A stretch of DNA of 64,000 nucleotides, taken from positions 128,001 to 192,000 of the forward strand of contig CAWBHS010000110.1 of the NCBI GenBank assembly GCA_963788655.1, given 5' to 3'. Below, one piece after another: positions 19,447-31,138 of this stretch. This DNA is from an uncultured Verrucomicrobiae bacterium (GTDB lineage Bacteria > Verrucomicrobiota > Verrucomicrobiia > Limisphaerales > JAFGQR01). Each line of letters begins with the position of its first letter. Positions within the stretch are counted from its first letter, which is position 1. A program made the position numbers and the translations under genes. The notes under the pieces are model-generated. The model ran no database searches and was not told the DNA's origin. It was given only the letters and a program-made list of their open reading frames with translations.

Positions 19447-22400
19447 GTGCCCGCTTCACCATCCATTGATGAATTAAAGCGACTCCTGCCGCAGTGTCTG
19501 TTGCCGGATCAGGTGCGGATCGGGCGGTTGTTGGCTCATGGGCTGGCCCAATTGCGCCAAGGCAAGGCGGCGCCCATGCCGGTGGCGCGCTGGCTCGGCC
19601 AAGCCCAGTGCTTCGATTCATCTTCGCCAGCAACGGGCGGCGCTGGCGCAGCATGTTTCCTACCCGGACGAACTGCCCATCACCGCCAAGAAGGACGAAA
19701 TTGTCGCCGCCCTCAAAGCTCATCCGGTGGTGATCGTGGCGGGTGAAACCGGTTCCGGCAAAACGACCCAACTCCCAAAAATGTTCCTCGAAGCCGGATT
19801 GGGCGCACGGGCGCGGATTGGCTGCACTCAACCCCGGCGCGTGGCGGCGCTGTCCATTGCGCGCCGGTTGGCGGAGGAAATGCACGTGGGCTTTGGGCGG
19901 GAAGTCGGATGCAAAATTCGGTTCGCGGATCAGTCCCGCCCCCAGACCAGCCTCAAGGTGATGACGGACGGAATTCTGCTGGCCGAAATCCAGGGTGATC
20001 CGTTGCTCGCCGAATACGAAGCTCTCATCATCGACGAAGCCCACGAGCGCTCGCTGAACATAGATTTTCTCCTGGGCTACCTGAAGCTGCTCTTGCAGAA
20101 GCGCGATGATCTGAAGCTCATCATCACTTCGGCCACCATCGATACCGAGCGCTTCTCGCGAGCGTTTGACGGCGCGCCAGTCATCGAGGTATCGGGCCGG
20201 ATGTATCCCGTGGAACTGCGCTACTCGCCGCTCGACGAAAACGCTGAGGACGAAGGCGAATTGACTTATGTGGACGCGGCGGTAAACGCCGTGGACCGTA
20301 TTCTCGAGGAACCGCTGGCGGGCGACATCCTGGTGTTCATGCCCACCGAACGTGACATTCGCGAAACGTGCGACCTGCTCCAAGCCCAGCATCGGGACCG
20401 GCTGGACGTGACCCCTTTGTTTGGCCGACTGACTTCCGGTGAGCAACAGCGCGTGTTCTCTCCCGGACCGCGCCGGCGGGTGGTGGTGGCCACGAACATC
20501 GCGGAAACCTCGCTGACCGTGCCGCGCATTCGCTACGTGGTGGATACGGGACTGGCGCGCATCAGCCGCTATCATCCCGGCACCCGCAGCAAGCGCTTGC
20601 CGGTGGAACCGATTTCGCAAAGCAGCGCCAATCAACGCAAGGGACGTTGCGGACGCCTGGCGGACGGCGTCTGTATTCGGTTGTATTCGGAGGCGGATTT
20701 CGACGCGCGCCAACCTTACATCGAACCCGAAATCCAACGTTGCGACCTGGCCGATGTCATCCTGCGCATGAAAGCGTTCCAGTTGGGCGAGATGGAAACA
20801 TTCCCCTTCATCGAGCCACCGAGTCCATCTGCCGTGCAGGGCGCCTATCAACTGCTCCAGGAACTCGGCGCGCTCGACGAGCAACGCGAACTGACGCGGC
20901 TCGGTCGTGACCTGGCCCGGTTGCCGGTGGACCCGGCGGTGGGCCGGATGATCCTCGAGGCGCAACACGAACGCGCGTTGCCGGAAGCGCTGATCATCGC
21001 CGCCGGCCTGAGCGTGCAGGATCCGCGCGAGCGCCCGTTGGACCAACGCGACGCGGCCGAAGCCGCTCATCGGCGGTTCCAACATCCGCAATCGGACTTC
21101 CTGACGTTACTCAATATCTGGAACGCCTATCACGACAAGTGGGAATCGCTGAAGACGCAGAACCAGCTCCGCAAGTTTTGCAAAGGGCATTTTCTGTCGT
21201 TCGTGCGCATGCGCGAATGGGTGGACGTCCACGGACAATTGCAGGACGCCGTCGAGGAATTGAAGTGTTCCGAAAGGACCAGTGTTCCACGGGAAACCAA
21301 GCCTCCCCAAACCCACCGTGGCAAACGAGCCGGCGCCGAATTCGATGCCCGTTACGCGGCGGTTCACCGTTCCATTTTAACCGGCCTCTTCGGCCACGTG
21401 GCCCAGCGGGAAAACCGTAACCTGTATCGTTTGGGCGGCAACAAGCAGGCCATGGTGTTTCCCGGATCGGGACTCTTTGAGAAGACCGCTGGCCGTGGCA
21501 GCGAGGGCAAGCCGGCGTCCAAACTCTGCGCGAGTTCAGCCGAACCAACTCCCGCGCAGCCGAAATGGCTGATCGCCGGTGAACTACTTGAAACCTCCCG
21601 GCTGTTCATCCGCATTGTGGCGGCCATCACCCCCGACTGGGTCATCGAACTGGCGCCGCATCTGATCAAGATCGCGCATGAGCATCCACATTGGGATCGC
21701 GAGGCCGGGCGGGTGTTGTGTACTGAACGCATCACCTTGCGCGGGCTGGTGCTGCGCGAGGGGCCGACCGGCTATTTGAAAGTCAACGCCGCGGACGCCA
21801 CGGAGATCTTCATCCGGTCCGCGTTGATCGAAGAAGATCTCGATGGCCGCCACGCTTTCCTGGAACACAACCGGAGGTTGCGCCGCAAAATCGAGATGTG
21901 GCAAACCCGCATGCGCCATCACGCCAGCGTGGACCTGGACGAAGCCTTGTTTGCGTTTTACGCCGCGCGCGTTCAGAACGTCGCTTCGATTCACGACCTC
22001 AATCGGCTGCTAAAAGGGCAGGCCCAAAGCGATTTTCTATGCGCCACCGAAGCCGACCTGTTGGGCGAGCAGGCAGCGAGTTTCGATGCCGGCACATTTC
22101 CCGACGCAGTGCAAGTAGGCCGGCACTCAGTTCCCGTCAATTACGCCTACGCGCCCGCCCAGGAGGACGATGGCGTGACGTTCCGCCTGACTTACGCGCT
22201 CGCCGAAGCGATTGATCCCGCAACCTTGGACTGGGTGGTTCCGGCGCTACGCGAAGAGCGCGTGCATCACTTGTTACGGCTGTTGCCCAAAACGATGCGT
22301 CGCCCGCTGATGCCGCTCAATGTGACCGCGCGCGCAATCGTCGAGCACGTTGACCCAACGTCCGGTTCGTTCCTCGAAGCAATGAGTCAGTTTGTGCGGC

Positions 22401-23461
22401 GCCAATACGGCGTGCTGATCCCGGTCTCAGCCTGGCCGGTCAAGGACTTGCCGCCCCACTTGCAACCGCGGTTTGAAATCGTGGGCAACCAGGACAATTC
22501 ACTGGCTGCTGGCCGCAACCTGAACGCCTTGCTCGACCGCGTGGAACAGGGACGCCAGCCCAACGAAGCCGCCGCATTGCGACGCGCCCTGGCCCGCTGG
22601 GAACGTTATGGGCTTACGGACTGGACCTTCGGCGAATTGCCCGAACGCTGTCTGGTTTCCGAGACCGGCGGCGTCCCGTTGTATTTGTATCCGGGCCTGC
22701 ACGTGGAAAACGGCGATGTCAGCCTGCGACTGTTTCGCCGTCTGAACGAAGCGGAAACCGCCAGCCGGATTGGCCTTCGTCGTCTGGCCGAACTGGTGTT
22801 GCCCAAGGAACTGGCCTGGCTGCAAAAAGACTTGCGTGGCCTGACCCGTTTCGCCCCGCTCTACGCGACGCTCGGGGACACGGATGAATTGATCGAAACG
22901 GCCTGGACCAATCTCCGGCGTCACGTGCTGGCTCCGCCGAATCCGCTTCCGCGCACGGCTGATGCTTTTACCGAATATCTCGAGCGCATTCGGCAACAAG
23001 CTCGTGGTCTTGGCTCACGGTTTATGGATTGGGTGGGTGCCATCCTGGAGAAACGGCAGGAAGCCCTGGTTTGCCGCCGGCCCCTGCCAAACATGCAACA
23101 GGAAATCGACGCGCTCGTGCCGGGGCGATTCCTGGAAAAGATCCCCTTCGAACAACTGGCTCACGTGCCGCGCTATTTGCAGGCGCTATTCATTCGCGCC
23201 GAACGGGCCGCGCTCAATCCGGCCAAGGATGCCGAGAAGGTTCGCCGCGTGCAGCCCTACTCCGTGGTGGCGCGCCAGGTGTTTGCCCAACCGGCCCGTT
23301 CTCCGGAAGCCTTTCGCCGGATGCAACAGTTTCGCTGGTTGCTCGAAGAGTTCAAAGTGTCCGTCTTCGCCCAGGAACTTGGCACCGCCCAACCCGTTTC
23401 GACCAAACGCCTGGACGAAGCGTTGCGCGAACTACGGGAGGCGCAAAAGGTGCAAACATGA
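19447..23461 (+). CDS. hrpA: ATP-dependent RNA helicase HrpA (frameshift near 19610)
   Basis: GETGSGKTTQLPK, CTQPRRVAA, DEAHERSLNIDFLLGYL, SATID, QRKGRCGR; C-terminal WLLEEFKVSVFAQELGT..PVS.KRL. Confidence 0.95.
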
Positions 23462-23539
23462 GGCGTCCGTTGGCGCCGCAAAATTCAGACGTTTTTCCCC
23501 GTTGGTGCGGTTAACGCTATAGCGACACTTTCACAGATA

Positions 23540-23628
23540 GGCGCGCGGCCTTTAGGCCGCTTCAAGCACCCAAGGCCAACCAGCGGCTTGCGGAATAGGA
23601 CGGTGAAGCGGCGTAAACGCCGCGCGCC
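23540..23628. repeat. REP-like doublet between convergent hrpA and nuoI
   Basis: ggcgcgcggcctttaggccgcttca ... tgaagcggcgtaaacgccgcgcgcc. Confidence 0.7.
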
Positions 23629-23751
23629 TGCCGCGCTTCGCCGGAACTGTCGCTGCAGTGTTAACGTCCGTTCGGAACAACGGGCCATGGGTCACATCCG
23701 CGTTTGGAGTGGGCGGAGGTTGCTCCCGCTTCCTTGCTGGCGGAAATTCGC

Positions 23752-24300
23752 TCAATGCGCGGCAGCCTTCTTCGCTTCGGCGCGAGCGCGCTGGTCGGCC
23801 AGACGAGTATCCACTTCGTCCGCTTCGGTGGGATGGATCTCGTGATAATACTCGTTGGACTTGGCCAGTTGCTCCTTGTGCAACAGCAGACCCTCGAAGC
23901 GGTCCGCGTTGCTGAGCTCGAACTGGGTGTCCATCTTGATGGAGTCAAACGGACACACCTCCACGCAAATCTGGCAGCTCATGCAGACGGACACATCGAT
24001 GTCGAAAATCTTGGGATGACTCTGCATCTTGCCAGTGTGATCGCGCTTCTTGAAGGTGTCCTTGACGATGTAGATGCACTGCGGCGGACATTCCTTCTCG
24101 CAAATCAGACAAGCCACGCAACGCAAGCCCTGCTCCGGCTCGCCGTCAAAGACCAGGAACGGAAAGCTGCGTGAGCTTTCCGGCAACGGCTGGCGTTCGT
24201 CAGGATATTGGATGGTGACCAACCGTTCCTTGCGGGCGTAACTCCCCAGAAAGTTGCGCGCCGTTTCCTTCAGGCCTTTAATGATTCCAGTGCCAAGCAT
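23752..24300 (-). CDS. nuoI: NADH-quinone oxidoreductase subunit I (2x[4Fe-4S])
   Basis: VTIQYP.ER; CVACLICEKECP and CMSCQICVEVCP ferredoxin motifs. Confidence 0.85.
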   Translation of the reverse strand: MLGTGIIKGLKETARNFLGSYARKERLVTIQYPDERQPLPESSRSFPFLVFDGEPEQGLRCVACLICEKECPPQCIYIVKDTFKKRDHTGKMQSHPKIFDIDVSVCMSCQICVEVCPFDSIKMDTQFELSNADRFEGLLLHKEQLAKSNEYYHEIHPTEADEVDTRLADQRARAEAKKAAAH

Positions 24301-24320
24301 GCGATGTTTTCAAAAGTTGG

Positions 24321-25592
24321 TTAACGGTCCACCTCGCCCAACACAATGTCCACGCTGCCGAGAATCACGACCACGTCGGCCACGCTGTGTCCCAGACACA
24401 TGTCCTCAAGAATGGTCAGGTTGATCAAGCTCGGCGGTCGTACGCGGTAGCGATACGGATTGGGCGTTCCGTCGCTGATCAGGTAAAAGCCGAGCTCGCC
24501 TTTGGGCGCCTCAATGCGTCCGTAGGTCTCGCCGGGCCGGGGCCGAAAGCCGCGGTTGCGAGCTTTGGGATCTAGGATTGGCCCTTCCGGAATGTCCTTC
24601 AGCGCCTGGTTCAGAATCTTGACCGACTCGCGCATTTCCAAAATCCGCATCATGTAGCGGTCATAGGTGTCGCCGTGCTCCCCGAGCGGGATGCGAAAAC
24701 TAAACCGGTCGTAGATGCCGTATTGATCGACTTTGCGCACGTCGTAATTCACCCCGCTGGCCCGCAGCATGGGGCCGGTCACGCTGGCGTTGATGGCCAG
24801 TTCCCGCGTTAAGCAGCCCACGTCCTGAGTGCGCGCCATCAAAATTTCGTTGGACGTCAGCAGATTTTCGAACTCGTCCAGAAAACGCGGGAATTCATCG
24901 ACCACTTGGCGGGTCCGATCCAGCCAGCCGGGTGGCAGATCGACGCGGCAACCGCCAAACCGCATGGTAATTGCACATCATGCGCGCTCCGGTGAGCGCC
25001 TCGAACAAATCGAGGATCTTCTCCCGTTCGCGAAACGCATACATCAACGGCGTGCCCATAGCCCCCATGTCCTGACCAAAAAGCCTGCCAGGCAGGCATG
25101 GTTTTGCAGGCGGGTCAGTTCACCGGTGATCACGCGGATGTATTCGGCGCGTTCGGGAACCTGGTAACCGGCCAATTTCTCGACCGCCAAAGCGTAAGCC
25201 CAGTTGTTGGTCAGCGAACAAAAATAATCCAGCCGATCGGTGTACGGCATCGAGGCCAGGTACGGCGCGTTTTCGGCGATCTTTTCGTGATTGCGGTGCA
25301 GGTAGCCAAAGACCGGTTTGAGCTTCACTACCTGTTCCCCATCCAACACCACGTCCATGCGAAACACGCCGTGCGTGGACGGGTGTTGCGGTCCCATGGA
25401 CACTTCAAGCACGTCACCCTCAATGACGCCGTCCGGGAGCGTCTTGGGGCGCACCTCATAATTGTGTCCGGATTCCGGCGACGCCATGTCCTTCACCTCC
25501 ATCGGGTCCGCTGTCTCGGCCTGGGCCCGGGGAGTTTTTTCCAATGACTGGAAGGCATTGCCCAAGGTGCCTGTCAGGGTGCCGTCGCTCAT
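24321..25592 (-). CDS. nuoD: NADH-quinone oxidoreductase subunit D (frameshifts near 24965 and 25070)
   Basis: [32 protein letters not shown]-terminal [12 protein letters not shown]. Confidence 0.92.
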
Positions 25593-26223
25593 GAATGCTG
25601 CTCCTCCGGATAATGCTTTCGCGCCTTCTCCAGCACCTTGGCGTGCGGCGTGGGCTCGTATTCGTAATCGTCGGGCTCGACGTAATCCTTGCGCATTGGA
25701 AAATCCTGAAAGCCGTCCCACATTAAAATGCGGCGCAAGTCCGGATGCCCGTCAAAGACCACTCCGTAAAGATCAAACACTTCGCGCTCTTGAAATTCCG
25801 CCCCACGCCAAACCGGCGTCAGCGAGGCTGCCCGTGCCTTCTCCGATCGGTTCTCGGTTCGCTGGCGAAGAACCAACGGGCCGTGCTTGAGGTTCATGGA
25901 ATAGAGATGATAAACGACCTCGAGGAAACCGGGCTGCAATCGTTCGGACAACTCCTCCACTTCCGTTCCTCGCCGCCAACCACGCGCTTGGTCTTCACTT
26001 TTTCTTTGATCACCTGATCCAGCCAATCCACTCCGGTGACGTTCGAAGCATAGTCGAATTGGAGTTGGGGATCGTCGCGCAAAAACGTCGCCACCGCCAC
26101 GGCATGAGCGCTATCAACCAGCAGCGACGGTGGATTGCCTTCGCTGCCATTGGGCACCATCGCCAATCGCGCGCCGGGGACAGCGGCTTCGGCGCGGGCT
26201 TTGATTTGTTCCAAAGTTTCCAT
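25589..26223 (-). CDS. nuoC: NADH-quinone oxidoreductase subunit C (frameshift near 25960)
   Basis: [46 protein letters not shown]. Confidence 0.9.
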
Positions 26224-26230
26224 CAATCCA

Positions 26231-26845
26231 CTACTCGCTTCGACTCACTTTCGCGGGAGCCCACACCGCCAGGTTCCGGGAAGGCACCAGATCATGTTCG
26301 CCGAATTGGGGCACGGGAAATTCGCTGGGCGCCTGCCGGTTCAGGTGGCGCGGTCGGTCCGGCCCGGTTAACTGTTGGGCGGCAATCTTGCGCTGCAACG
26401 TCATAAACGCATGGATCAGCGCTTCGGGTCGCGGCGGGCAACCGGGAATATGCACGTCCACCGGCAGGTACCGGTCGATGCCCTTGAGCACGTTGTAACC
26501 TTGCTTGAACGGGCCGCCGGAAATGGCGCACGCGCCCATGGCAATCACATATTTCGGCTCCGGCATCTGGTTGTACAAGCGCACCACCTGCGGCGCCATC
26601 TTCTTGGTCACCGTGCCGGCCACGATCATCAGGTCCGCCTGCCGTGGCGAAGGCCGGAACACTTCCGCTCCGAACCGCGCCAGATCCCAGCGCGCCATCG
26701 AGGCCGCGATCATTTCAATCGCGCAACACGCCAGCCCAAATTGGAGCGGCCAGACCGAATTGCGCCGGCCCCAGTTGTACAACTCCTGAAGCGTGGTGGT
26801 GAAGACGCCCTGCTTACTGAGTTCGTTGCTGAGTCCTTCGTCCAT
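26231..26845 (-). CDS. nuoB: NADH-quinone oxidoreductase subunit B
   Basis: [54 protein letters not shown]. Confidence 0.95.
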   Translation of the reverse strand: MDEGLSNELSKQGVFTTTLQELYNWGRRNSVWPLQFGLACCAIEMIAASMARWDLARFGAEVFRPSPRQADLMIVAGTVTKKMAPQVVRLYNQMPEPKYVIAMGACAISGGPFKQGYNVLKGIDRYLPVDVHIPGCPPRPEALIHAFMTLQRKIAAQQLTGPDRPRHLNRQAPSEFPVPQFGEHDLVPSRNLAVWAPAKVSRSE

Positions 26846-26856
26846 CGCGGCTTGCC

Positions 26857-27252
26857 TTATCCCTGCTTGGGCGCGGGTTCGGTTTTCCAGGTCAAGATCC
26901 CTTTCGCCCAAGCCCACACCAGACCTTCGATAAGTAACAGCAGAAAAACCGTCATCGCCATAAACGCCCCGAAGGGCAATTCATTGAACGCCACCGCGAA
27001 GGGCAGCAAAAACAGGATTTCCACGTCGAAAATTAGGAACATGATGCCAAACACGTAATACCGGGCGTTAAATTGGATCGCCGAGGAACCTTTGGCTTCC
27101 AGCCCGCACTCGTACGTGGCGTTCTTCTGCTCGCCGGGTTTGTGCGGCGACGCCAGCCTCGCCCACACCCGGGCCAATAGCAGTGGGGTGAGGGCAAACA
27201 CGGTGGCTGCCACCAGGAAAATGGTCAGGAACAAATACGCGTGACCGTTCAT
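26857..27252 (-). CDS. nuoA: NADH-quinone oxidoreductase subunit A
   Basis: Three hydrophobic helices; K...[17 protein letters not shown]. Confidence 0.92.
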   Translation of the reverse strand: MNGHAYLFLTIFLVAATVFALTPLLLARVWARLASPHKPGEQKNATYECGLEAKGSSAIQFNARYYVFGIMFLIFDVEILFLLPFAVAFNELPFGAFMAMTVFLLLLIEGLVWAWAKGILTWKTEPAPKQG

Positions 27253-27398
27253 AAACTTTTACCGCAAACCTAGATTAAAACTGTCGATCAAAGACCCTAA
27301 CAATCGCTGCCAAGACCGTCAAGGAACAGGGAATATCCACCGCCGAAGACCGCCAGGCACTGCCTCGATGCGCGCCGCTGCCCCTTCCGGTAGGTCAA

Positions 27399-27674
27399 TC
27401 AATTCTGTTCGGGAACGTGGCGTCGCAGCCCCACGGAATGGGCAATGTCGTCAAACTCTTCGTGGCTGACGTCTTCAAGCTGTTTGCCTTTGGCGGCCAG
27501 TTTTTCGTTAATCTTGACGGCCTTCTCCGTCATCACCTCGTGAGTTTCCTCCGTGCCGCCCACCAGGGTAAAATTGGGCCCTGCCGTCACCCGCTTGTGT
27601 CCATCAGAATCCATACCGACACCCAGCAGATGCGCTTTACCACGTTTTCGTTTTTTACCGGACGATTGCGCCAT
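27399..27674 (-). CDS. Conserved small hypothetical protein
   Basis: 91 aa; LLGVGMDSDGHKRVT.G.NF.LVGGTEETHE.M.EKAVKINEKL reads as a globular conserved protein. Confidence 0.7.
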   Translation of the reverse strand: MAQSSGKKRKRGKAHLLGVGMDSDGHKRVTAGPNFTLVGGTEETHEVMTEKAVKINEKLAAKGKQLEDVSHEEFDDIAHSVGLRRHVPEQN

Positions 27675-27763
27675 GAAACGAACCTACGGACTTAGCGGTC
27701 TAAGTCAAGCCAACTGCCACGCTGGCTGTGAAACAAACGTGATCAGTCAACAGTGTTCAGTAA

Positions 27764-29113
27764 TCAGTTGCGCGTCTTGCTATGGAACCGCCAGGAAAGT
27801 GTCAGCGCCGCCGTGCCCAGCCCCGTCGCCAGACCGATCCAGATGCCCACTGCTCCCCGGCCCCCCGGGAAAGCCAGCGTATAACCGAGCGGCACCGCGA
27901 TGATCCAATAGGCCAGCGCCGCCACCAACGCCGGCACCCGCACGTCGGTCAATCCGCGCAAGGCCGACAGCGCCACCACTTGCAAGCCGTCCGCCACTTG
28001 GAACAACGCGGCGACAACCAGCAATTGCGTGGCCAGCAGCACGACTGCCGGCACCGAAACAAACAGCCGCGCGATCGGCCCGCCGGCGGTCATGAACAGC
28101 ACCGCGAAAAGCCCCATGATCATCACCGCCATGGCCAGGCCCATGAATCCAATCCGGCGCACGCGCCGATGGTGTCCGGCGCCCCAGGCGTGGCCCACCC
28201 GGATGCACACCGCCATGCCGATGCCCAGCGAGAACATGAACGACGTGGCCGCGCAACTGATGGCGATCTGATGCGCCGCAATCGCCGCTTTGCTGATCCA
28301 CCCCATCATCAAGGCGGCAAAGACAAACGCGCTGACTTCCAACAAGTGCTGCGCCGCCACCGGCCAACCCAAGTCGATCAACCGCCGGAAGCGCCCCCAG
28401 GCCAGCGGCGCCCACCAGCGAATCGGCTGGAAGCGCCGCAACACCCGGGCGCGCATCGCGTAGAGCAGAATGCCGAGCATCATCGCCAGGCGGGCCAGCA
28501 AGGTCGCCCATCCCGCGCCTTCCAGGCCCAGGGCCGGCGCGCCCCAATGCCCGTAGATCAAGAGCCAGTTCAGCAGAATGTTCAGCAGCACACTGCCCAG
28601 CAGGAACAAGGTGGGCGGCCACGGATGGTTGAGCGCCTCGGAGAATTGTTTGCAACCGTGGCCCACCATCATCGGCAGCATCGAAGCTCCAAACAACACC
28701 AAGTAAGTGCCCGAAGCCGCCACCACGTCCGGCGGTTGACCGAAACGGTCCAACACCAACAGCAGGGCCAACAGGACCAGAACCGTCACCACCCCGCAAG
28801 CAATCGACAATGCCAAACCGTGACGAAACACCTCGCCGGCTTCGGAAGGTTCGCGCGCGCCAAAGGCCTGGCTGGTCAGAATGGCCACCGAAGTGAGCAG
28901 GCCAATGCCAAAAATCATTGGCGGATGCGAGATGGCATTCACGAACGCCGCCGCCGCCAATGGCACCACACCGACGCGCCCGATCATCAGCGTGTCGGCC
29001 AATCCCATCAAAGTATGGCCGACCATGCCCGCCATGATTGGGAAAGCCAGCCGCAGCGTGGGACGCACTTCGCGTACCCACCGCCAGATGCTACGTAATC
29101 GACGTGATCGCAT
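27764..29113 (-). CDS. MATE family efflux transporter (NorM-like); start uncertain, up to 29176
   Basis: About 12 TM segments; LA.P...G.ADT.MIGR; AAHQIA; FQVADGLQ...ALRG..D. Confidence 0.92.
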   Translation of the reverse strand: MRSRRLRSIWRWVREVRPTLRLAFPIMAGMVGHTLMGLADTLMIGRVGVVPLAAAAFVNAISHPPMIFGIGLLTSVAILTSQAFGAREPSEAGEVFRHGLALSIACGVVTVLVLLALLLVLDRFGQPPDVVAASGTYLVLFGASMLPMMVGHGCKQFSEALNHPWPPTLFLLGSVLLNILLNWLLIYGHWGAPALGLEGAGWATLLARLAMMLGILLYAMRARVLRRFQPIRWWAPLAWGRFRRLIDLGWPVAAQHLLEVSAFVFAALMMGWISKAAIAAHQIAISCAATSFMFSLGIGMAVCIRVGHAWGAGHHRRVRRIGFMGLAMAVMIMGLFAVLFMTAGGPIARLFVSVPAVVLLATQLLVVAALFQVADGLQVVALSALRGLTDVRVPALVAALAYWIIAVPLGYTLAFPGGRGAVGIWIGLATGLGTAALTLSWRFHSKTRN

Positions 29114-29308
29114 TAATACAACGTGGTTCCAGAGCTTTCCGGAAATGGTTCGGAGCCAACTTAAAAGCCCGATCATTCGTAACGGCGGCTCGGTAGAGTG
29201 TCACCAGCGTGGACAGGGAGAGTTTGTAGCGCCCTCACCGTTGACTCGTAAGGAATCGCCAGCCACTACTTCGTGCCGCGCAACTCCGTTTGCCCAGCCG
29301 GTTCCAAT

Positions 29309-30004
29309 TCAACCCGGTGCCGTCAGCGAACGCCCGTTGTCTTTCGGTCCCAATTTCAACAAGAAGGGCACCGCTGTTCTTGCCCATTCCTCGGCGCTGG
29401 CATAGCTACTGGCGGATTCGCCAAAACAGCTTTGCAGCATCTCCGTGTTGATCACGCCGGGGTTCAACGGAATGGCCGCCAGTCCGGTTGGCAGTTCCTG
29501 CGCCAGCGCCTGCGTCAGGCCTTCAATCGCCCATTTGGTCGCGCAGTAGGGGGCCACCTCGGCATCGGTGGACCGGCCCCAGCCCGAACTGAAGTTCACG
29601 ATCACGCCACGCTGGCGTTCGATCATCGCCGGCACAAAATGGCGGATCACATTCGCAACGCCTTTGAGGTTCACGTCGATCACCGCCGAAAACTCGTCCG
29701 CCGGCACCCGCCACAAGGGCGCGTTGGGATTGATGATCGCCGCGTTGTTGAGCAACAGGTCCGGCGGGCCGAGGGTTTTCAAAATCCGCGCGGCCCAACG
29801 GCTGACTTCCGCGTCCGCAGCCACGTTGACCGCCGCAAACTCGTGTGGCGCCGTGTAAGCCTGGCGCAACGATTCAATGCGCTCGACCGATCGGCCACAG
29901 CCGGCCACGGTATGTCCCCGGCGGATGAACTCGTCTGCCATCGCGCGCCCCAGCCCGCGAGTGACTCCGGTGATGACCACAGTGCTAGGGTTCATTTTGT
30001 CCAT
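29309..30004 (-). CDS. Short-chain dehydrogenase/reductase
   Basis: TGVTRGLG, NNAA, FSS, catalytic YCATK, PGVINTEM. Confidence 0.92.
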   Translation of the reverse strand: MDKMNPSTVVITGVTRGLGRAMADEFIRRGHTVAGCGRSVERIESLRQAYTAPHEFAAVNVAADAEVSRWAARILKTLGPPDLLLNNAAIINPNAPLWRVPADEFSAVIDVNLKGVANVIRHFVPAMIERQRGVIVNFSSGWGRSTDAEVAPYCATKWAIEGLTQALAQELPTGLAAIPLNPGVINTEMLQSCFGESASSYASAEEWARTAVPFLLKLGPKDNGRSLTAPG

Positions 30005-30051
30005 TTGTTGGTTTTCCTGGAATTACGTGCTGACTATTTCCCGATCCTTGA

Positions 30052-30858
30052 TTGGAATCAATGCCAATGAACTCAATGAACGCGATGACACTGACCACCG
30101 ACTTTGGCCTTGAGGACTGGTTCGTGGGAACGATGAAGGGAGTGATTCTCGGCATTGCGCCGCGTGCGACGGTCGTGGACCTGACGCACGGTGTTCCCCG
30201 TGGTGACATTCGCGCCGGAGCTTTCGCGTTGGCGGCCAGTTGCCGATATTTTCCACAGGGCACCATCCACACGGTAGTGGTCGATCCGGGGGTGGGCAGT
30301 CAGCGCGCTGCCCTCGTCGTGCGAACGCGCAACTATTTCTTTGTCGGTCCCGACAACGGCGTGCTTTCGTTCGCGCTGGCTTGCGAAGAGATCAAAAGCA
30401 TTCGGCGATTGGAAAGTCCGCGTTACTTCCTTGGAAACATGAGCCAGACCTTTCATGGTCGCGACGTCTTCGCGCCCGTTGCAGCCCATTTGAGCAAAGG
30501 CGTGCCGATGTTGCAGTTTGGTCCCGAAACGAAGGATTATGTTCGCTTGCCCTGGCCACAACTGCGTGAAGCTGGTGGTGCCATTTGCGGCGAAGTATTG
30601 TACCTTGACCGATTCGGTAACGCTATAACCAACCTGCCCAACAATCGGCTCGCCCCGACAAGCACGGTGCGGATTGGTCTCGGTGGAAAGCGTTTGGTTC
30701 CGGTCAAAGCATTCTATAAAGCTGTTCCTGCCGGCAAGCCAGTGGCGGTTCTTGGCTCTGCGGGCTTCCTGGAGATCGCGATCAACGGCGGGAGCGCGGC
30801 AACGAAACTGAAGCTGAAACCAGGCAGCCGGGTGGAGGTCGTGATAGTGAAGGGTTGA
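30052..30858 (+). CDS. SAM hydroxide adenosyltransferase (DUF62 / SAM hydrolase-halogenase family); start may be 30061-30085
   Basis: TTDFG, DLTH, VVDPGVGSQR, GPDNG, TFHGRDVFAP, DRFGN.ITN, GFLEIAINGG. Confidence 0.9.
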   Translation: MESMPMNSMNAMTLTTDFGLEDWFVGTMKGVILGIAPRATVVDLTHGVPRGDIRAGAFALAASCRYFPQGTIHTVVVDPGVGSQRAALVVRTRNYFFVGPDNGVLSFALACEEIKSIRRLESPRYFLGNMSQTFHGRDVFAPVAAHLSKGVPMLQFGPETKDYVRLPWPQLREAGGAICGEVLYLDRFGNAITNLPNNRLAPTSTVRIGLGGKRLVPVKAFYKAVPAGKPVAVLGSAGFLEIAINGGSAATKLKLKPGSRVEVVIVKG

Positions 30859-31138
30859 AGAGTTGAAGCGGGGATCGGTTGAAGCGGTGCGTCAGGGCGG
30901 CGGTAGCGCAGCCGTCTCGGCGGCGAGTTCATTGGGTGTCCCCGCGCCGTTCGCTTCGAGCGGCGAAGCTTCGCGCGAACTCGCCAGCGAGGACGCCCGC
31001 CTGTCCCGAACATCAGAAAATGACTATCCTTGCGGACAATGTTCTTTAATCCTGGATAGATCTTGGTGCATTCGGGACAGCTAGGACGACTGTCCGACAT
31101 CGTTTGCGACATTGCGACATGCGTGCTTGAATTGACTC

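Noticed and set aside
24321..26845. Possible group 4 [NiFe]-hydrogenase
   Set aside because: The large subunit lacks both CxxC Ni-binding motifs and the small subunit has the adjacent CC motif of NuoB
30052..30858. Possible fluorinase/chlorinase
   Set aside because: Keeps the Asp-Arg-His residues (VVDPGVGSQR, TFHGRD) of SAM hydroxide adenosyltransferases, and no biosynthetic cluster is nearby
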